DNA of 63,647 nt, filler included, from Alloascoidea hylecoeti (taxonomy: Eukaryota): NCBI GenBank assembly GCA_001600815.1. It is 10 parts of 8 records of this genome, joined end to end, with 100 filler letters (N's around TTAATTAATTAA, not from the genome) between each part and the next. Parts side by side here need not be neighbours in the genome. Positions count along the whole stretch, not along the records: positions 62,389 to 63,647 come from BCKZ01000013.1; 9 more parts are not named here. The stretch is one strand, 5' to 3'. The translations under genes were made by a program, and so were the position numbers. Numbering within the stretch: position 1 is the stretch's first letter; every line of letters starts with the position of its first letter. Of the stretch, positions 63,375 through 63,647 are shown piece by piece. The notes below the pieces were generated by a model. That model saw only the letters and a program-made list of their open reading frames with translations. It did no database searches and was not told the origin of the DNA.

Positions 63375-63647
63375 TGTTGAAACTATATTTAGAATTATAT
63401 AATTATCTTATTTATATAGAATACATAGTAAAAAGAAATATAAAAAGAGAAGAAATCCTCCTCAGGATTTCTTTCTCTACCCTTTTTATTTTGTTGAAAA
63501 ATACTTCTTACATACTTCGATTTATTATTTAATATTTATACTAACAATTATATAAAATTCTTAAAATTTTTAATTTTAATATATAAGATAAGTGTAAAAT
63601 AAAAGGGTAGAGAAAGAAATCCTGAGGAGGATTTCTTCTCTTTTTAT
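63375..63647. mobile_element. Nested LTR fragments containing an inverted repeat (63440-63492 / 63596-63647)
   Basis: Two TGTTGAAA starts (63375, 63492); the TATA plus hairpin segment is present in both orientations. Confidence 0.8.

Overview
AT-rich fungal DNA, most likely an intron-containing budding yeast (Saccharomycotina; GTAAGT/GTATGT/GTGAGT donors, CTAAY branch points). The window is ten contigs joined by nine identical 100-nt N spacers carrying TTAATTAATTAA, so adjacency across gaps is not guaranteed. 1-13.8 kb is a tandem array of an ABCB/MDR transporter plus an OSI1/YKL071W-like short-chain dehydrogenase, with pseudogenes and Ty1/copia relics. 18.2-48.9 kb is ordinary chromosome: cell-wall protein, RGA-type RhoGAP, LSM6, ATP17, ARH1, a pogo/CENP-B-derived HTH protein, VPS71, CAB4, FPK1/KIN82-type kinase, GIT1-like permeases, ARO80-like factor, HGT1-like transporter and a Tc1 relic. 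The remaining short contigs are repeat-rich. The most striking signal is recurrent fold-back (inverted-repeat) structure built mostly from retroelement pieces. The largest is a 2.7-kb palindrome (14597-17296) whose arms are a mosaic of LTR, RT, linker, integrase and protease fragments, with LTRs pointing inward. It is a candidate hairpin-RNA 'retrotransposon killer' locus (inference). The LTR family also carries a covarying stem-loop right after its TATA box. Other oddities are a 4.4-kb segment between identical inverted repeats and a sharp GC island centred on a divergent promoter.
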